From: an uncultured virus (IMG/VR IMGVR_UViG_3300012274_000057)
Lineage: Duplodnaviria > Heunggongvirae > Uroviricota > Caudoviricetes
DNA length: 64,000 bases
IMG/VR virus record: IMGVR_UViG_3300012274_000057
Span: 124,001-188,000 of that record
Reading direction: 5' to 3' (one strand)
The notes beneath the pieces were generated by a model. It had not been told where the DNA came from. It saw nothing but the letters and a program-made list of their open reading frames with translations, and did not search any database. Position 1 is the first letter of the stretch; each line of letters opens with the position of its first letter. This document shows, piece by piece, positions 20,101 through 29,348 of this stretch. The translations under genes were made by a program, and so were the position numbers.

Positions 20101-20406
20101 TTGAGAAATTTTGAAAATGCAAATGAATTTAAAAAGAAAGGTATAAAACCACATCAAATACTCGTAGTAATTACGAATGAATCAGATTGTGAAGAATGCA
20201 GAAGAATATTATTAACTCATATAGAAGGATTAGAGGTTGGTGAATATTTATTATTAGAAGGTGAACACTGCAGTTGCTATGATTTTGATGAAACCGATTG
20301 GCATGGAACTGTTTATACATTAGATGAATTAAATAAATTAGCTAAAGCTGAGTATAATGAAAATGATGTATTTTGGAAAGAAATATTATCTATACCTCAA
20401 ATTTAG
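20101..20406 (+). CDS. hypothetical protein
   Basis: TTG start with AGGAGG RBS; HCSCY motif. Confidence 0.6.
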   Translation: MRNFENANEFKKKGIKPHQILVVITNESDCEECRRILLTHIEGLEVGEYLLLEGEHCSCYDFDETDWHGTVYTLDELNKLAKAEYNENDVFWKEILSIPQI

Positions 20407-20424
20407 TTTCATGTGGTATACAAT

Positions 20425-20459
20425 AAAATAAAGGAGGTATAATACCTCCTTTATTTTTT
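20425..20459 (+). terminator. intrinsic terminator
   Basis: AAAATAAAGGAGGTAT-AATACCTCCTTTATTTT. Confidence 0.75.
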
Positions 20460-20501
20460 ATAATAATACTAATCGTTCATTCATTATCAGTGCATACTCT
20501 A

Positions 20502-20513
20502 AACATATAAGTA
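20502..20513 (+). promoter_or_regulatory. late-type promoter motif AACA-N6-TA
   Basis: AACAtataagTA upstream of 20538. Confidence 0.65.
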
Positions 20514-20537
20514 ATATTTTATTAAGGAGGTAATTTT

Positions 20538-21812
20538 ATGGATATTAATGATATAGAAACTAGAGAATTGTATCAAAGTTTATCAATTCCATCAATAATA
20601 AATTCACATTCATTAGCAGTAGATTATATGCAAAAATGGTTTTTATCTAAGTTCAAATCTAATTATTTTAAAAAGATTCATATAGATAAAAGACATATAC
20701 TACATGAATTTAAACAGGAAGACTATAATAATATTAGAGCATTAAAAGCTGCAAAACCATCTTTAGCTATTATACCAAACCCACAATTTGATTTTAATAG
20801 AGATATGGTTGATTTAAATCAACAAGGATTAGGTATTTATCATAGAAGAAGTAAATTAGATAGGCACTTCTTTAAAGATTTATATAGAAATATGTATTTA
20901 GGAGTTTCATTAGATCAATTATTAATTAATTTTACATTTAGAATTAGGGTATCAACAAGAGCACAGCAAGTAGATCTTGCATCTTATATGAATATGGCTT
21001 TTAGAATAGGTTCTACCCAAGGTGAAGATATAGATATGGATATTCATATTCCATATAGTTTAATGATGCAAGTTGCTAAAGATGCTGAATTTGAAGTTAT
21101 TGACGATAAAGTAGTTAACGTGGTAGAGTTTGTTGCTTATTTAAATAAACATTCTTTATATCCTATTTTATATAAATTTAGAGCTATAAATGGTAAAAGT
21201 GAATTCTTTATGAGACTATCTGGATTATATACTCATATTTCTTGTTTAGAATCTTTATCGCTAGATGATGGTGAAAGACAAGGACATTTGAATAATGATT
21301 TTGTTATAGAAATGGGTGCTCAATTAAAAATAGCATCTCCTAAACTATACAGTTACTATTCATTAGAGAAACATGATATTATAGATAGCATAGAATCAGA
21401 TGAAGACAGTCTAGGTATAGGCGTATATAATGTAAAACTCGCAGATATACCAGAAGTTAATCAAAAAGGGTGGACGCAATATTTAACTACAGAATATCAA
21501 GATAAAGATTTAAGTAATAATTTAGTAATAGAATTTAGGGAATTATTTTCAGGTGGAGAATTAAATGATTTTATTACTAGATCTAAGAATATGTATATTT
21601 CTCCTTCATTGTATATAGACTTTAAACTATTTAATAATGGAGATGAAATTGAATATGAGATAGATTGGGATAAATTTACTATAACTACTAAAAAACCAAT
21701 ACAGTCTGAAATAACCAATATTTCAATATATATAGATAACGAATATTTAAATACGGAATTGATAAATATAAAAAATCTAAGTGAAGATAGAATTAGACAA
21801 CAAAATGGATAA
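20538..21812 (+). CDS. hypothetical protein, probably virion structural
   Basis: 424 aa; AAGGAGG RBS; late-type promoter motif. Confidence 0.6.
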   Translation: MDINDIETRELYQSLSIPSIINSHSLAVDYMQKWFLSKFKSNYFKKIHIDKRHILHEFKQEDYNNIRALKAAKPSLAIIPNPQFDFNRDMVDLNQQGLGIYHRRSKLDRHFFKDLYRNMYLGVSLDQLLINFTFRIRVSTRAQQVDLASYMNMAFRIGSTQGEDIDMDIHIPYSLMMQVAKDAEFEVIDDKVVNVVEFVAYLNKHSLYPILYKFRAINGKSEFFMRLSGLYTHISCLESLSLDDGERQGHLNNDFVIEMGAQLKIASPKLYSYYSLEKHDIIDSIESDEDSLGIGVYNVKLADIPEVNQKGWTQYLTTEYQDKDLSNNLVIEFRELFSGGELNDFITRSKNMYISPSLYIDFKLFNNGDEIEYEIDWDKFTITTKKPIQSEITNISIYIDNEYLNTELINIKNLSEDRIRQQNG

Positions 21813-21839
21813 GAGATATTAATCTCTTATCCTTATTCT

Positions 21840-22301
21840 TTATATTATATCCATATTTTCAAATACATTTATTGTTTTAGGTTTGGTCTCCTCAATAAGT
21901 TCATCATTAATATCATCTTTTATATTTTCATCATCAAGATCAATTTCTAATTCTGGTATATATTTACTAAAAAATAGATTACGAATAGATTCATATTCTA
22001 AAATACAATATAGCTCATCTTCTAGAGTCTGTATTATATAATTGCTTATTTCATAATCATATAATTGTTGAAATTGGTAAATAATTTCATCGCATAAATC
22101 GAATAAAAAGTCCTTTTGCTTTATATCTTCTTTAGAGCAATCATTTTCTTGAATATAAGCATACAATAATCCCTCTATAGATCTTCTATACTTATTCATA
22201 GTTTCATTGTCAACTCTACTAATAGTTAACATCTTTCCTAATTGTTTAATTTTAAGTATTATTAATATAACTAATAATACTCCACCGACCATTTGTATCA
22301 T
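21840..22301 (-). CDS. membrane-anchored acidic hypothetical protein
   Basis: N-terminal TM helix; late-type motif at 22327-22338 (-). Confidence 0.6.
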   Translation of the reverse strand: MIQMVGGVLLVILIILKIKQLGKMLTISRVDNETMNKYRRSIEGLLYAYIQENDCSKEDIKQKDFLFDLCDEIIYQFQQLYDYEISNYIIQTLEDELYCILEYESIRNLFFSKYIPELEIDLDDENIKDDINDELIEETKPKTINVFENMDII

Positions 22302-22400
22302 AAATACAACCCCCTATATATTATTATATTTTAATGTTGCGTATATGGTAAATTATTACTATGCACATAACAAAAAATAAAGAATAAAAGAAGAGGGGTA

Positions 22401-23513
22401 ATGAAGACAATGAAAGCAAATGAAATTACAATCAATTTTCCAACAGGAATTGCAACAGAAATTAAAAATACATCTAAACCAGGGAGGTCATTTAAATTTA
22501 ATGAAGATTATAATCAGCTTTTTTTTAAAACACAACGTGGTGAATTAGAATTTATTGGATACGCTCCAATGTATTTCGATTTAATTAATTTTGGAGCAGA
22601 GAGAGGGGTGTTTTTTCATGATGGTATGATTACCAAAACTATAGATTTGAATCATAATGAATATATCAATATCACTTCATCATTCGATAATGATGAAAAT
22701 GAAAATGTATTAATAGCATCTATTAATACATTTGAGGCTGATTTATTAGATGATGAAGTGATATTTCCAAAATATAATACTTATATAGTTCCAGATGGTG
22801 TCGGTTATAAAGGTTCAATATATCTTAGAATAAATGATGAGCAATTAAATGAATATTTATTACATTCTATTCATTATGTTGATATAAAAGCTGCTGCAGA
22901 AGATTTATACAGAATAGAAAATGATTTTATAGAAGCACAATTTGAAAATATGATAGAAAATATAATTACGAATGAATATGCATATGCTATAAAAAATAAT
23001 ATTATATCTAGAATAACTGCTCCATTTGAAACTTTTGAAAAGTTCCAAATAGATATACTAAATTCAGATAAACATTTATATCCACATGCTACAGATTTGG
23101 TATTAGAAGATTATACAATAATAACAGAAGATGTATATATTATGTATGAAGGTGATATATATTATCAAGCTAAAGAGGTACACAATCCAGATCCTAAAGT
23201 ATTTGCCCCTGTATTTAGTAAATCATTAATAAAGTTATTTGTTTCACTAAGAGATACAATATATCAATATAAAAGCAAGGATATTGATATGATAGAAGTA
23301 TTAAATGAAACATATCTACAGTTTATTAATGTTAAAAAAATGATCTTAAAGAAAGATGGAACTAATGAGATATTAAAAAGAGGGATTGTATATCAATTCG
23401 GTTTTGGTTCAATACTAATAAATTCTAACTTTATTGAATCAATATTTACAGAAGTTACTAATATTTACAAAGAACTTAATCATGAGACAAAAAATCTGGA
23501 ATGTACTGAATAG
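22401..23513 (+). CDS. hypothetical protein
   Basis: 370 aa ORF with GAGGGG RBS. Confidence 0.65.
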   Translation: MKTMKANEITINFPTGIATEIKNTSKPGRSFKFNEDYNQLFFKTQRGELEFIGYAPMYFDLINFGAERGVFFHDGMITKTIDLNHNEYINITSSFDNDENENVLIASINTFEADLLDDEVIFPKYNTYIVPDGVGYKGSIYLRINDEQLNEYLLHSIHYVDIKAAAEDLYRIENDFIEAQFENMIENIITNEYAYAIKNNIISRITAPFETFEKFQIDILNSDKHLYPHATDLVLEDYTIITEDVYIMYEGDIYYQAKEVHNPDPKVFAPVFSKSLIKLFVSLRDTIYQYKSKDIDMIEVLNETYLQFINVKKMILKKDGTNEILKRGIVYQFGFGSILINSNFIESIFTEVTNIYKELNHETKNLECTE

Positions 23514-23523
23514 TACATTCCAA

Positions 23524-23895
23524 TTATTGTTTATCTTCTAATTCTTTTTTCATTATATCATCTATAAGTGGTTTCTTAGCTCGATATATTTTTATCCAAA
23601 ATGCTAAATTTTTTATTTTACCTAAAACTTCAAATCCTAACATACCTCCAACAAAGCATGGAAGTATAAATAGTTTCATAGATATTTTAGAGAGTATAAA
23701 TTCACTTAACGAAAATAAAATTATAGATGATACTGTTGTCGATATCAATATTCTACTTATTTTTACCTTAGTGTCCTTTTCAGTAAAAGTGTTATAGGTG
23801 TCTTTAATTATAGCCCCCAATAAACTAAAAACAAATATAAATAAAAAATCCATTATACTTGAAATAAGTGCTACTTTGTCAATTACCATCCCCAT
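23524..23895 (-). CDS. small multi-TM protein, holin-like
   Basis: about 3 hydrophobic helices and a charged C-terminus; lies at the end of the late block. Confidence 0.5.
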   Translation of the reverse strand: MGMVIDKVALISSIMDFLFIFVFSLLGAIIKDTYNTFTEKDTKVKISRILISTTVSSIILFSLSEFILSKISMKLFILPCFVGGMLGFEVLGKIKNLAFWIKIYRAKKPLIDDIMKKELEDKQ

Positions 23896-23921
23896 TTCAC
23901 ATCACTCATTTCTTTACTAAA

Positions 23922-24902
23922 TTAATCTTGTTTTGGAATTTTATTTTGTAAACACCCTGAGCCTATAATCACAAATATACCTATTATTGTAGATTGTGCC
24001 ATAGCTGCAGCGTTTCTTTTCTGATTTTCTATTATATCATTACGCAAATCATCAATTTGATGCTTGTATTCATATATATAAGACAAATAAGGTTGTAATG
24101 CATCTAATATATTAATTCTTTGAATAATAATAATCTTAAAATTATCTATTTTGTACCCTAAGCTGTTTAAATCTTTAGTTCCAAATATATCTCCTTCTTT
24201 AGTCAAATATAGAGGTACTAATAATTCATAAGAGCTTAAAGCTGTTATTCCTTCTTCTTTATAAATTTTAAGTAGTTCCTTTATATTCATAGAACTAATG
24301 CACTTATGTGGATTATTAGATCCAATTGGCTCCCAGAATATAAACTCATTTTCAAGATTGGTATTTTTTATTGCATTTATAGCTTGTTCAGTTAAAGCTG
24401 TATTATGGACTACACTTTTCATTTTACTCCAACTCATATATTGAGTTTCTATATCTTGGTTTGCATCAAATTGGTATCCAATAGATCTATTCCAGAGAAT
24501 GTTATCCATTGAAGCAACAAAAACTTTATTTGACATAGAATCTTTATTTATATAGGTATCGGATAACATCTCATCAAATATTTTTGTTAATTCACTATCA
24601 GTACTAGGGTTACTGATATCATACTCTAGATCATTTAACTCTCCTGCATATCGATTTAACATTGTTTGCTGAATATCATTTGTTCTAATTGTTAATGAGT
24701 CTTCAGCTCTTCTTATATTTTCAAGTAGAATTGTAGAGATATAATTCTCCATATTACATTCTACAGATTCTATTATATTATTATATTTAATTTTCATTAT
24801 TTCATATTCATTATATTGCTTATATCCAAATACAGTCACACATAGCAATATTGAAAGTGTTGACATAGCTAAGATTTTCGATATGACATTTTTTTTCATC
24901 AT
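23922..24902 (-). CDS. membrane protein with N- and C-terminal TM helices
   Basis: hydrophobic termini; AGGAGG RBS; late-type motif at 24923-24934 (-). Confidence 0.6.
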   Translation of the reverse strand: MMKKNVISKILAMSTLSILLCVTVFGYKQYNEYEIMKIKYNNIIESVECNMENYISTILLENIRRAEDSLTIRTNDIQQTMLNRYAGELNDLEYDISNPSTDSELTKIFDEMLSDTYINKDSMSNKVFVASMDNILWNRSIGYQFDANQDIETQYMSWSKMKSVVHNTALTEQAINAIKNTNLENEFIFWEPIGSNNPHKCISSMNIKELLKIYKEEGITALSSYELLVPLYLTKEGDIFGTKDLNSLGYKIDNFKIIIIQRINILDALQPYLSYIYEYKHQIDDLRNDIIENQKRNAAAMAQSTIIGIFVIIGSGCLQNKIPKQD

Positions 24903-24946
24903 AATTCGTCACCTCCTTTTATTATATTTATGTTATACAAAAAATG

Positions 24947-24972
24947 GAAGCAGGAATATATATTCCTGCTTC
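24947..24972 (-). terminator. hairpin terminator after the Cys-rich gene
   Basis: GAAGCAGGAATATATATTCCTGCTTC perfect palindrome. Confidence 0.7.
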
Positions 24973-24980
24973 TAATATTA

Positions 24981-25922
24981 TTAACCAAATCTATTTTCTG
25001 AATTACATAAACATCTTCCGTTGCAATTACATGTGCCATTTCCTCTGGTGACGCATGAACATAGTTCATAAACATCACATGTACATCCAGACGTTGGGGT
25101 TCTACTCACACACATACAATCCGTATTGCATGTGCATGCTTCAATTGTTGTTCTACCAACACAATTACATACATTATCTGCATTACAAGTACAATCTGGA
25201 GAAAATGTTCTATCAACACATAAACAACCATGTTGTATACATATCGTCTCTGCTGTTCTGTCAACACAGGTACAACCAGTATCGGAATTACTAGTACATT
25301 CAGTGCCTGTCCTAGTGACACATAAGCAATTAGATGGACAATCACCGCCAGTTACTTCCCCTGAAGTTCTTGAGTTACAATCACAATTTGTTATTCCTAC
25401 TCTCGATACGCATGTACACAAAATATTAGAATCGCATGTGTCAACTGCTGTTCTTGATACACATGAACAAGTATTATCATTACAACTACAAGAATATCCT
25501 GTTCTAGCAACACATGAACATGAGACATTCTCAATACATTCTAATTCTGATGTTCTAGCCACACAACTACATATATTACTTGAACAAATATCGCCTGATG
25601 TTCTTGCAACACAATTACAAGATGTATGAGCATCACAGGAGAGTTCTGAAGTTCTAGTAACGCAATTACATGTAGTATCTACATGTGAATCACATGTTAA
25701 TGGCATTATATTATCCATAATATCCTCTATATCACCTATAGAGACAGTATTATCTTTTAATGCAAAATTATCTATATGAGCTATACAAGTTCCAAGGTTT
25801 CTTTGATTATTCATATCATCTAATAAATCTTTTAATTGACCTAATGAATTATATTGAGGAGGATTTGTATAACCCTTTTTTATTTGTAATAAGTTTTTTA
25901 ATCTTATTAAACTCTTATTCAT
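24981..25922 (-). CDS. Cys-rich repeat protein (about 14 CxC[V/N]xR[T/G] repeats); putative radical SAM substrate
   Basis: about 47 Cys by hand count, after a ~75-aa Cys-poor N-terminus; AGGAGG RBS; near two radical SAM genes. Confidence 0.75.
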   Translation of the reverse strand: MNKSLIRLKNLLQIKKGYTNPPQYNSLGQLKDLLDDMNNQRNLGTCIAHIDNFALKDNTVSIGDIEDIMDNIMPLTCDSHVDTTCNCVTRTSELSCDAHTSCNCVARTSGDICSSNICSCVARTSELECIENVSCSCVARTGYSCSCNDNTCSCVSRTAVDTCDSNILCTCVSRVGITNCDCNSRTSGEVTGGDCPSNCLCVTRTGTECTSNSDTGCTCVDRTAETICIQHGCLCVDRTFSPDCTCNADNVCNCVGRTTIEACTCNTDCMCVSRTPTSGCTCDVYELCSCVTRGNGTCNCNGRCLCNSENRFG

Positions 25923-25938
25923 AATTTATCCTCCTATA

Positions 25939-26712
25939 TTATTTATATAAAATAGTCCATCTAAAGCCACCAACAAAACTTCCTGAATTACCTACATATA
26001 TATTTGTAGCATCAGCTCTAATCCATGTTTCGCCTAAATATCCTTGAGGATTTTCAATAGGCATAATCATTATATTTGTTGGTGTAAATGATAATCCATG
26101 GGCTATAGTAACTTCATTATTACTTCCAGCAAAATTTGCTATACCACTTTTATCTGTTATTTTTTGACTTAATTTTTCTGCTATTGAAGTAGCAAAATTA
26201 GGATCTTCTCCTAATGCTTTAGCTAATTCAGATAATGTATTTAATGTCTCAGGCGAAGAATCAATTAAATTAGTAATTGCTGTTTCTACCCCTTCAGTTA
26301 TTTTAGCATCTGTTTCCGTTTTATTATAGTAATCAACTAAAACGTTTGCTATTATCTCTTCTACTGTTAATTGAGGTTTGTTTAGATTAGGTACACCTTT
26401 AAATGCAATAAAATTAAATACTGTATCTATACCTGTAGTTCCCCAATCATTTCCTAAAGACATTATAGCTGTACCTTCTGGATTTATTGTGTATGACGTT
26501 TCAGGAATATATTTACCAGCAATAAATACAAATAATAAATCATAATTAATATTAAAATTTTCTATACCAATATTTACACTAGGTGCAGTTCCTGTAATAG
26601 TAATATTATTTTTTCTATATCCTATAATACCAGTAGCAGCAGCTTTTTCAAATTGCATAAATAAATCATTGCTTATTTCGTGACCTGTTACTTTTCCTCC
26701 TATACTAGCCAT
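25939..26712 (-). CDS. tail fibre-like protein
   Basis: LIDSSPETLNTLSELAKALGEDPNFAT tail-fibre motif; YYNKTETD; late-type motif at 26739-26750 (-). Confidence 0.75.
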   Translation of the reverse strand: MASIGGKVTGHEISNDLFMQFEKAAATGIIGYRKNNITITGTAPSVNIGIENFNINYDLLFVFIAGKYIPETSYTINPEGTAIMSLGNDWGTTGIDTVFNFIAFKGVPNLNKPQLTVEEIIANVLVDYYNKTETDAKITEGVETAITNLIDSSPETLNTLSELAKALGEDPNFATSIAEKLSQKITDKSGIANFAGSNNEVTIAHGLSFTPTNIMIMPIENPQGYLGETWIRADATNIYVGNSGSFVGGFRWTILYK

Positions 26713-26754
26713 ATTATTTCACTCCTTCATTTATATATTATTATAATGTTAAAA

Positions 26755-26778
26755 TTGGGTAGGATTAATCCTACCCAA
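26755..26778 (-). terminator. hairpin terminator after the radical SAM pair
   Basis: TTGGGTAGGATTAATCCTACCCAA palindrome. Confidence 0.7.
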
Positions 26779-26797
26779 CTATACTTATTATATAATA

Positions 26798-27706
26798 TCA
26801 TATTTGTAATAGTTGTTGATAATAATCATATACTTTTTTTCTCATATTATATACTATGATATTACTCTCTTCTAATGTATGTTGTGTTTTGATAATTTTA
26901 TAATTTAAGTCTTTAGATGATGTATAATCATTACTATTTCTACCATAAGTTTCGCCTATAACTTTACCAGATGAATCTTTAACATATGTTCTGATATCAT
27001 TTTTAGGAGGTGGCACTAGAAAATCTGATATTTGTATACCTTCAAGTTTATTTGATATAATATCATGAGCTAAATCATGCATTTCAGACAGATATCTATT
27101 TAAATAATTTTCATCTACAGGCATTGTAGATTCTATAATACCTATATTCATTCTACACCTTATGCCTTTTTCATGTAGTTCATGAATACTTTCTCTTAAA
27201 AAAGCTATATTATACGGATGAGTAACAATATGCATATTGTAATTAATACCATTTCTATTTAACTTATCTATATTTTCTATTACTTTATCAAATGTATTCT
27301 CATGTGTATCCTTAAATACTCTAAGCTGATTGGCAATTTTATTACCGTCTAAACTTATAGAAAATACTATATTTTTATTCTCTTTAAGAAATTTAATGTG
27401 TTCATCTTCTAATATAGTGCCATTAGTTGTAATATATATTGTATTTACTATATTATTAAATGAAGTGTTTCTTTCGGTAAGTTCTATCCATTCATATGCA
27501 CTTTTAATATTATCAAAAGCTAACATTGGTTCTCCACCTAGAAATTCTATATTAAATCTTTTATTATGACCAGCGAAATTGTATATATTATTTATTAAGT
27601 CTTCGATTTCTTCTTTACAATATATAGATTTTTTATCTTTTTCGTAACAATATTTACAATTACAATTACATTCCTTGGTTACATGAATGACATAAGTTTC
27701 TATCAT
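26798..27706 (-). CDS. radical SAM protein without SPASM domain
   Basis: CNCNCKYC (CxxxCxxC), FLGGEPML, ITTNGT, SISLDG; no C-terminal Cys cluster. Confidence 0.85.
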   Translation of the reverse strand: MIETYVIHVTKECNCNCKYCYEKDKKSIYCKEEIEDLINNIYNFAGHNKRFNIEFLGGEPMLAFDNIKSAYEWIELTERNTSFNNIVNTIYITTNGTILEDEHIKFLKENKNIVFSISLDGNKIANQLRVFKDTHENTFDKVIENIDKLNRNGINYNMHIVTHPYNIAFLRESIHELHEKGIRCRMNIGIIESTMPVDENYLNRYLSEMHDLAHDIISNKLEGIQISDFLVPPPKNDIRTYVKDSSGKVIGETYGRNSNDYTSSKDLNYKIIKTQHTLEESNIIVYNMRKKVYDYYQQLLQI

Positions 27707-27719
27707 AATTATTCACCAC

Positions 27720-29258
27720 CTAGAGATTTTTTATTATTTGCGTAAGAGCTTCAGGTATCAATTCTGTTACACTAGTATACATATCTTCAATTTTATTATT
27801 TAAGAATTGCTTTTCTAAAATTAATCCAGTATATTCTTCGATAGTTAAACCTTCTTCTTCAGCACGTTCTAATATTTTATTATAAGTAGATTTAGCTAAT
27901 TTTATTGTAACAATATTATCTGATTTAATCTCAACTTTATTAGCTGATATCATATCTGCTTTGAGTGTAAACTTATTATTAGTCTCTTCGCTATCTATTA
28001 AATTAAATTGTGTACCTCTTGAATCACATAAACATGCTGGGTTGTCTGGATTATTTCCTATGGTTGAACTTATTTTATTATCTTTTCTATCTAATACTCC
28101 CAATTTATAATACTCCTCTACTTCTTTTTTTATATATGATTGTATTTCTTTTTCTATTTTACTCATTTGACATCTATACCCTCTAGATACAGATAATATA
28201 GAACCATTTTCACAAAGATTTTCTGCTATACATCTATAACAATGATAACAGTCACAATCTGGATCATCTATTTTACAACTTAAATCATTATTATCATACT
28301 CTACGAATAATAATCTTTTTTGATCGTCTATACCATCAAATATATTACCTATTATATATTGTCTTTCTGGATCATTAAAATATATATGATGACAAGGTGA
28401 AATATCTCCATTGGCAGTAATAGTAATAAAACTATTACCAGCTCCACAAGGTTTATTCGAAAAATCACAAGCATTAGATAAACTTCTGTCTAATGGTGCA
28501 TAATTTCTTATTTCATTTAAATTACCTTCCTTTTCTACTCTATTTAATATATAGTCTGCTATTTTGCCTAATTGTTCTTTATACATATTAACATCTTTTT
28601 GAGTCCAATCATTACTATGAATAGGCATAAACCATATATGTTTTAAACCCCAATCTTCTCTAAAGAATTTATAACTTTCAAATAAATATTTCATAGAAAA
28701 ATCATTTAAACATCCATGTATGCTTAAATTATCAGGTTTATTTTTGAAAAGATTTTTCCATTTAGGGATATTCTTTTCTACTATTTGAAAACTACCTTTT
28801 TTATTATGTGTTATTCTAAAAGCATCTTGAACTTTTTGAATACCATCTACAGATAATTGAACAGTAAGATTAACGTTATATATTCCTTTACTAAGTATTC
28901 TTTCTAATTCTGTTGTCAGTATGGTACCATTTGTTATCATATTCATAGACACGGGTATCTTTGTTATACTACTTATAGCACTAGCTTCATCGATTATAAA
29001 TTCCAATATCTCTGGCTCTAATGTTGGCTCTCCTCCAAATAATAATATATTTACCCGTTGCTCTCCAAATCCATTATCTATATTTTTTTTCGCATTGTCA
29101 AATAAGAATTTAATACCTTGATTAGCAACTTCATAAGACATTTTATTCTTATTATGTTTTTCGAAACAATATGAGCAAGCTAGATTACAATTTTCTGTAA
29201 CTAGAAAACTTGCTGCAGTGGGTTGTAAAATCTTTTTAATGTCGATTATTTTTATCAT
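27720..29258 (-). CDS. radical SAM/SPASM maturase with C-terminal extension
   Basis: CNLACSYC, FGGEPTL, ITNGT, LSVDG; SPASM-like PCGAG...ISPCHH...CDCYHCYRC...C. Confidence 0.9.
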   Translation of the reverse strand: MIKIIDIKKILQPTAASFLVTENCNLACSYCFEKHNKNKMSYEVANQGIKFLFDNAKKNIDNGFGEQRVNILLFGGEPTLEPEILEFIIDEASAISSITKIPVSMNMITNGTILTTELERILSKGIYNVNLTVQLSVDGIQKVQDAFRITHNKKGSFQIVEKNIPKWKNLFKNKPDNLSIHGCLNDFSMKYLFESYKFFREDWGLKHIWFMPIHSNDWTQKDVNMYKEQLGKIADYILNRVEKEGNLNEIRNYAPLDRSLSNACDFSNKPCGAGNSFITITANGDISPCHHIYFNDPERQYIIGNIFDGIDDQKRLLFVEYDNNDLSCKIDDPDCDCYHCYRCIAENLCENGSILSVSRGYRCQMSKIEKEIQSYIKKEVEEYYKLGVLDRKDNKISSTIGNNPDNPACLCDSRGTQFNLIDSEETNNKFTLKADMISANKVEIKSDNIVTIKLAKSTYNKILERAEEEGLTIEEYTGLILEKQFLNNKIEDMYTSVTELIPEALTQIIKNL

Positions 29259-29279
29259 AAATATCTCTCCTCCCTTGAT

Positions 29280-29291
29280 TATAATAATGTT
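29280..29291 (-). promoter_or_regulatory. late-type promoter motif driving the radical SAM pair
   Basis: AACAttattaTA on the minus strand, just upstream of the GGAGG RBS. Confidence 0.65.
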
Positions 29292-29314
29292 TGTCCCATG
29301 ATATAATAATAAAA

Positions 29315-29346
29315 ATTACAAGATACCAATTAAGGTATCTTGTAAT
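29315..29346 (-). terminator. intrinsic terminator
   Basis: ATTACAAGATACC-aattaa-GGTATCTTGTAAT. Confidence 0.7.
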
Positions 29347-29348
29347 GA

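Noticed and set aside
18683..20157. Ile/Phe-rich minus-strand ORFs opposite the 21-aa repeat genes
   Set aside because: Antisense shadows of the repetitive Tyr/Asp/Asn/Glu codons.
22369..22380. AACA-N5-TA upstream of 22401, and similar near-matches upstream of 3321 and 9095
   Set aside because: Spacing or core mismatch; too likely by chance in AT-rich DNA, so not counted.
25055..25629. Plus-strand ORFs (25055-25294, 25126-25629) and alternative minus ORF 25106-25345
   Set aside because: Shadow frames of the Cys-repeat gene; I saw no RBS, and the H/V/Q/L pattern is the reverse complement of Cys/Thr codons.
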